DNA from: Acidobacteriota bacterium
GTDB lineage: Bacteria > Acidobacteriota > Thermoanaerobaculia > Multivoradales > UBA5704
Length of the DNA stretch: 64,000 bases
Direction of reading: 5' to 3'
Assembly (NCBI GenBank): GCA_040005235.1
Contig: JBDTZG010000028.1
Location: 1-64,000, forward strand
Part shown: one piece after another, positions 60,725 through 64,000 of the stretch
How the letters are laid out: the number at the start of each line of letters is the position of its first letter
Position numbering within the stretch: the stretch's first letter is position 1
Notes under the pieces: model-generated
The model's input: the letters and a program-made list of their open reading frames with translations, nothing else
Told to the model about the DNA's origin: nothing
Databases searched by the model: none
Program-made: the position numbers and the translations under genes

Positions 60725-61828
60725 CTACGGCTGCAGGCCGCCGTTCCACGAGGTGTCCTTGAGCAGGTCCGCCCAGTTGACGTCGGCACGTAGAATGTTC
60801 AAGTCAGGAAAGGCAACCGAGAAAAGGTTCAGGTGGGCCGCACGCCGAAAGACTTCCTCTCCCTGAACCTCGATGCCGGGTCTCAGGGGAGGTAAGACGT
60901 AAAGGCCCATCCAAGGACTGTCCTCCGGGCTGCATCCGGTTTGGCCCGACGCTGTGCAAAACGGCAGCAGCGAGACCTCCCCGGATGCCAACCGGCCTTG
61001 GGCGTCGGCTTGGATGCGAAACAGCAGTGAATTCTGCTCGTCGCTGTAAACGCACACGCCGTCTTCGTCGCAGGACAACGAGGAGAGATATACGTCGGCC
61101 CGATAGGTCAGCGGCTCCTCCGCGCGGTAGAACGCGGTTTTAAAGGAAATGAATCCGCAGACCGGGTTGGGAATGGGTTCCGCCAGGCAGCCCGTCGGCC
61201 GCACCGTCCGGGCGAGGATCGAGTAGACCTTTAGGTCGAAATCGGTCACCTCAGTATGGCAGGTATTCAAAAGGTCGTCGACGGTCAGACCGCGTCCGGC
61301 GGTGTCCGCGTGGTCCTCCGGCGCTTCCTGGAGGGTGGTGATCCGGATCGAATTCTTTGGGTGGAAAGGGTCGGGCGGCTCCGGGGACAGGATGAGATCT
61401 ACGAGCATCGAGAACCGGGTCGTTCCCATCGGGTCGAGGTTCGACGCCGCGTCCCGCCGGACCAGCGTCGCCTGCGGGCGGCGTTCCCGCCGGGGGTTCA
61501 AGAAGTCTTCATCGGCGCGGAGAATCAGGTCAAACGCCAGCTGTTTCTCATCGCGCATCCGGATGTCTACGGTCGTCGTAGGATCGAAATAAAGGTGGTC
61601 CGTACTGGCCAAGCCTCTGTAGCTGCCGCCGTTGGCCGCCGATCGCCAAAGGTAGAGGCCAGCCTCGCCATATGAGACCCCCATACGATGAAGCAATCGC
61701 CCCATCTGGCGCTCCTCGCAGGCGACCTGCTCGGACGTGAGGGGGCTGCCGAAGGGCTGGGCCGCCATAATTCCCGGGGCGATGATTACCAGGAAGAGAA
61801 TCGCGAACAACGCGCTTTTGGGTTTCAT
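60725..61828 (-). CDS. Secreted Cys-rich hypothetical protein, paralog 1
   Basis: MKPKSALFAILFLVII signal peptide; ATGA overlap with the upstream frame. Confidence 0.8.
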   Translation of the reverse strand: MKPKSALFAILFLVIIAPGIMAAQPFGSPLTSEQVACEERQMGRLLHRMGVSYGEAGLYLWRSAANGGSYRGLASTDHLYFDPTTTVDIRMRDEKQLAFDLILRADEDFLNPRRERRPQATLVRRDAASNLDPMGTTRFSMLVDLILSPEPPDPFHPKNSIRITTLQEAPEDHADTAGRGLTVDDLLNTCHTEVTDFDLKVYSILARTVRPTGCLAEPIPNPVCGFISFKTAFYRAEEPLTYRADVYLSSLSCDEDGVCVYSDEQNSLLFRIQADAQGRLASGEVSLLPFCTASGQTGCSPEDSPWMGLYVLPPLRPGIEVQGEEVFRRAAHLNLFSVAFPDLNILRADVNWADLLKDTSWNGGLQP

Positions 61829-63760
61829 AGCTTCCCCGCTGAACCTGTCTTCTGTTGGACCTGGAGAACGATGTCGAAGGAATAGAACGGCGAAACGATC
61901 TCGCAACTTCCCCCGTTGCAGGTTTTGTGGATGGGATCCCAATTGATGGTCTGGACTGCCGTCATGGTTCCCGTTGCCGGCGTGACCCACTGGACCTCGA
62001 ACCGATCGGCCGTCGGTCCGAGGTTCAAGAGCGTCAAGCGGTCTTGGTATTTCTGCGCCAGCCAGATCCGCGCGTCGAAAGCGTTGCGCGGGAGAAATAT
62101 CGGTTTGGCGCTCGGAGACGTGGACTCTTTGGGGCATCCGTTCGCAGTGAACTCCGCCTCGGGCGCGTTCGATGCCGTGCTGGCCGCGCAGCGGATCGTG
62201 CTGTGGTGTAGATAGAGCAGGAAAAGCCGGTTCGGCTCCGGTCTCCGACCTGGATCGGCATCAATCGGTATCCGTCGGAGATTGAGGGCCTTGATGTAGG
62301 TCGGGTCTCGCAGCGCTATTGGGCAGCCCTCCAGACCAAGCTGACCGGGACGAGGTGAGGCGCCCGAGCGGCAGCGCGTTGACGAATTTCTTGAGTACGC
62401 CGAGTTGGCGCCGAATGGTCGCGGGGGTGTTCGGGTCGCCTCCGGAGAGATATCCGAAATGGTCGTAGGTGGCGCCCTGGTCGAACAGAAACTCCCAGGC
62501 TTCGGCGCGCGCCGGTTCGGCGAGCTTTTCTGTCAGGGCGCCGTTGGTATGGGCGCGGGTGCCGCTCTTGCCTCCGACATCTGGGTTGCCGATGAACTGA
62601 CCGGCGCCTTTGGTCGTAAACGGCTGTACCGCCACCAAATGCCCGCCGGCGGCCAAGCGCGGGTATTTCGCTTCCTGAAAGGTGACCTGGGCAATCATGT
62701 CGCGCTGCCACTTGGCGACCTCGAGGGGATCGACGGTCTGGGCCTCCGGCTCGTTGGCGATCTCCCAATAGACGGTGTCGAAGCACCAGAGTTCTTGGAC
62801 CGTCCACTCGATCACTTTGGCCTGGGCCACGCGCATGCGCTCGTTCGTCAGGGCCTCCTGGGTGCCTCGCGTGTCGTGGGTCACGAAGTACTCGGGCTTT
62901 GAGAACTTCACCGTCTCGAACGTCCCGTCCGACTTCGGCATCATCCCCTTGCCGCCCCAGGGACCCTGGGAGAAGAAATCTCCCTCGAACGGCGCGAAGA
63001 TGGTCACTTCGACGATCATCTTCCTCGGGTCCTGGGCGTAGGCCACGACATCGCGCAAGCGTTGGAAATACCGCGTGTTCGGCTTGTCCAGGCGCCAGAA
63101 CGGGTAGGCGTTGGCCGGGAAGTTGGCGCAGTCGGGGCTCGCCACGGCGCTCGGGCAATAGAGGAACGGGACGTTGTTCGGGTTTTTCTCTCCGGCCAGG
63201 GCGATCCAGAGGCGGAGCTTGTTCAGGCCCGCTTCGAAGGCGGCTTGGATCGTCGTGGGGTAGTTGGTCCAGTTGCATTTGTCGGAGGAGAGTTCGAGGT
63301 GGCAGCCGTTGTCAGCCGAGACGCCGACGAGGGTCTGGATCGTGTTGCGGTACGAAAAGTAGCGCGAGGCGAAAGGCAGGGCGGCGGTCGTTTTGCCGAT
63401 CTTGATCGGGGTGATCGTCTGCGTGATGTTGCCGCAACCGGTGGCGGAAATCGTGGGATCGGCCGGAACGTCGGGGTCGGTGCCCAGCAGCTCGGGCGGA
63501 TAGAGATCCTCCGAGTCGAGCGAATTCGGGTCGCCGTCGTAGGGGAGCAAGTCGTCGCCGAGGGTCCACAGCTCGGCGGGCAAGCTGGGGTCGGTGGTCG
63601 AGCCACCGTCGCCGAAGACGGAAGAGAGGGGTGGCTCTTCTTCGGGTCCGGGTGGGGGTTGGGCGGGAAGGGGGGCACCGACCGAGAGGAACGAAAGAAA
63701 GATGAAGGCGAGGGTCGCACGGTGGCAGAGGGATAAGAGTAGCGAGCGAGTTCGGTCCAC
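61825..63760 (-). pseudogene. Secreted glycoside hydrolase-like (GH-A clan, NEP) protein interrupted by an internal inversion/frameshift
   Basis: Signal peptide, NKLRLW, YFQRLRDVV, WEIANEP and RAEAWEF. The frame breaks near 62340, and protein-like sequence (LFLLYLHHS...VQWVTPATG...SFDIVL) resumes in another frame to 61825. Confidence 0.65.
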
Positions 63761-64000
63761 GGCGCTGTCCTTTCAAGGTTTCCGCGTTACGCGGAAGACT
63801 GCTGGAACGGTAGCAGCGCCGACGATATTTTCGCAAACAATTTCATCACATTCGGTATGGCTTTCAGATTTCTGCGGCTCTGGGGTGACCTGGGAACTGA
63901 GACGGATGGGAGCGGGCGTTTTCTGCCCGCGGGGCGATGACGATGAACGGTGAGGACCCTAAGAGCCAAATGCTCCCAATGAGGAAACCAGGTTTCCTCT

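Noticed and set aside
62034-62264. Independent 76-aa gene
   Set aside because: Off-frame shadow; the protein-like frame here is the one continuing to 61825

Overview
High-GC bacterial window. Gene content (orphan duplicated ABC permease, Oar-like TonB receptor, GT-C membrane glycosyltransferases, HTH-TPR paralogs) suggests Acidobacteriota, probably Thermoanaerobaculia; this is an inference. Layout: 1-17.4 kb, surface-glycan synthesis and modification (GT4s, flippase, AsnB-type amidotransferase, five methyltransferases, two GT-C-like proteins) plus cls. 17.5-29.3 kb, TonB receptor, nucleotidyltransferase pair, dehydratase, DinB, a copper-amine-oxidase-like protein with an altered topaquinone motif, permease and acs. 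29.3-38.5 kb, accessory patchwork: HNH-like orphan, IS200-like tnpA flanked by covarying triple-hairpin inverted repeats, M1 peptidase, nested direct repeats around phyH/higA, a 20/40-bp tandem array, ABC exporter and HTH-MNT. 38.6-55.1 kb, dcw cluster mraZ to ftsZ. 55.3-59.4 kb, the best candidate for an undescribed system: an XRE-HTH/TPR-like regulator next to a small secreted peptide with a repeated GCEIxPxG motif, plus stand-alone N-half and C-domain versions of the regulator, reminiscent of RRNPP peptide signalling. 59.6-63.8 kb, tandem secreted Cys-rich paralogs behind a glycoside-hydrolase-like gene broken by a ~100-bp internal inversion. No rRNA, tRNA or CRISPR array was recognised. 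All family calls are by-eye motif recognition; no database search was run.
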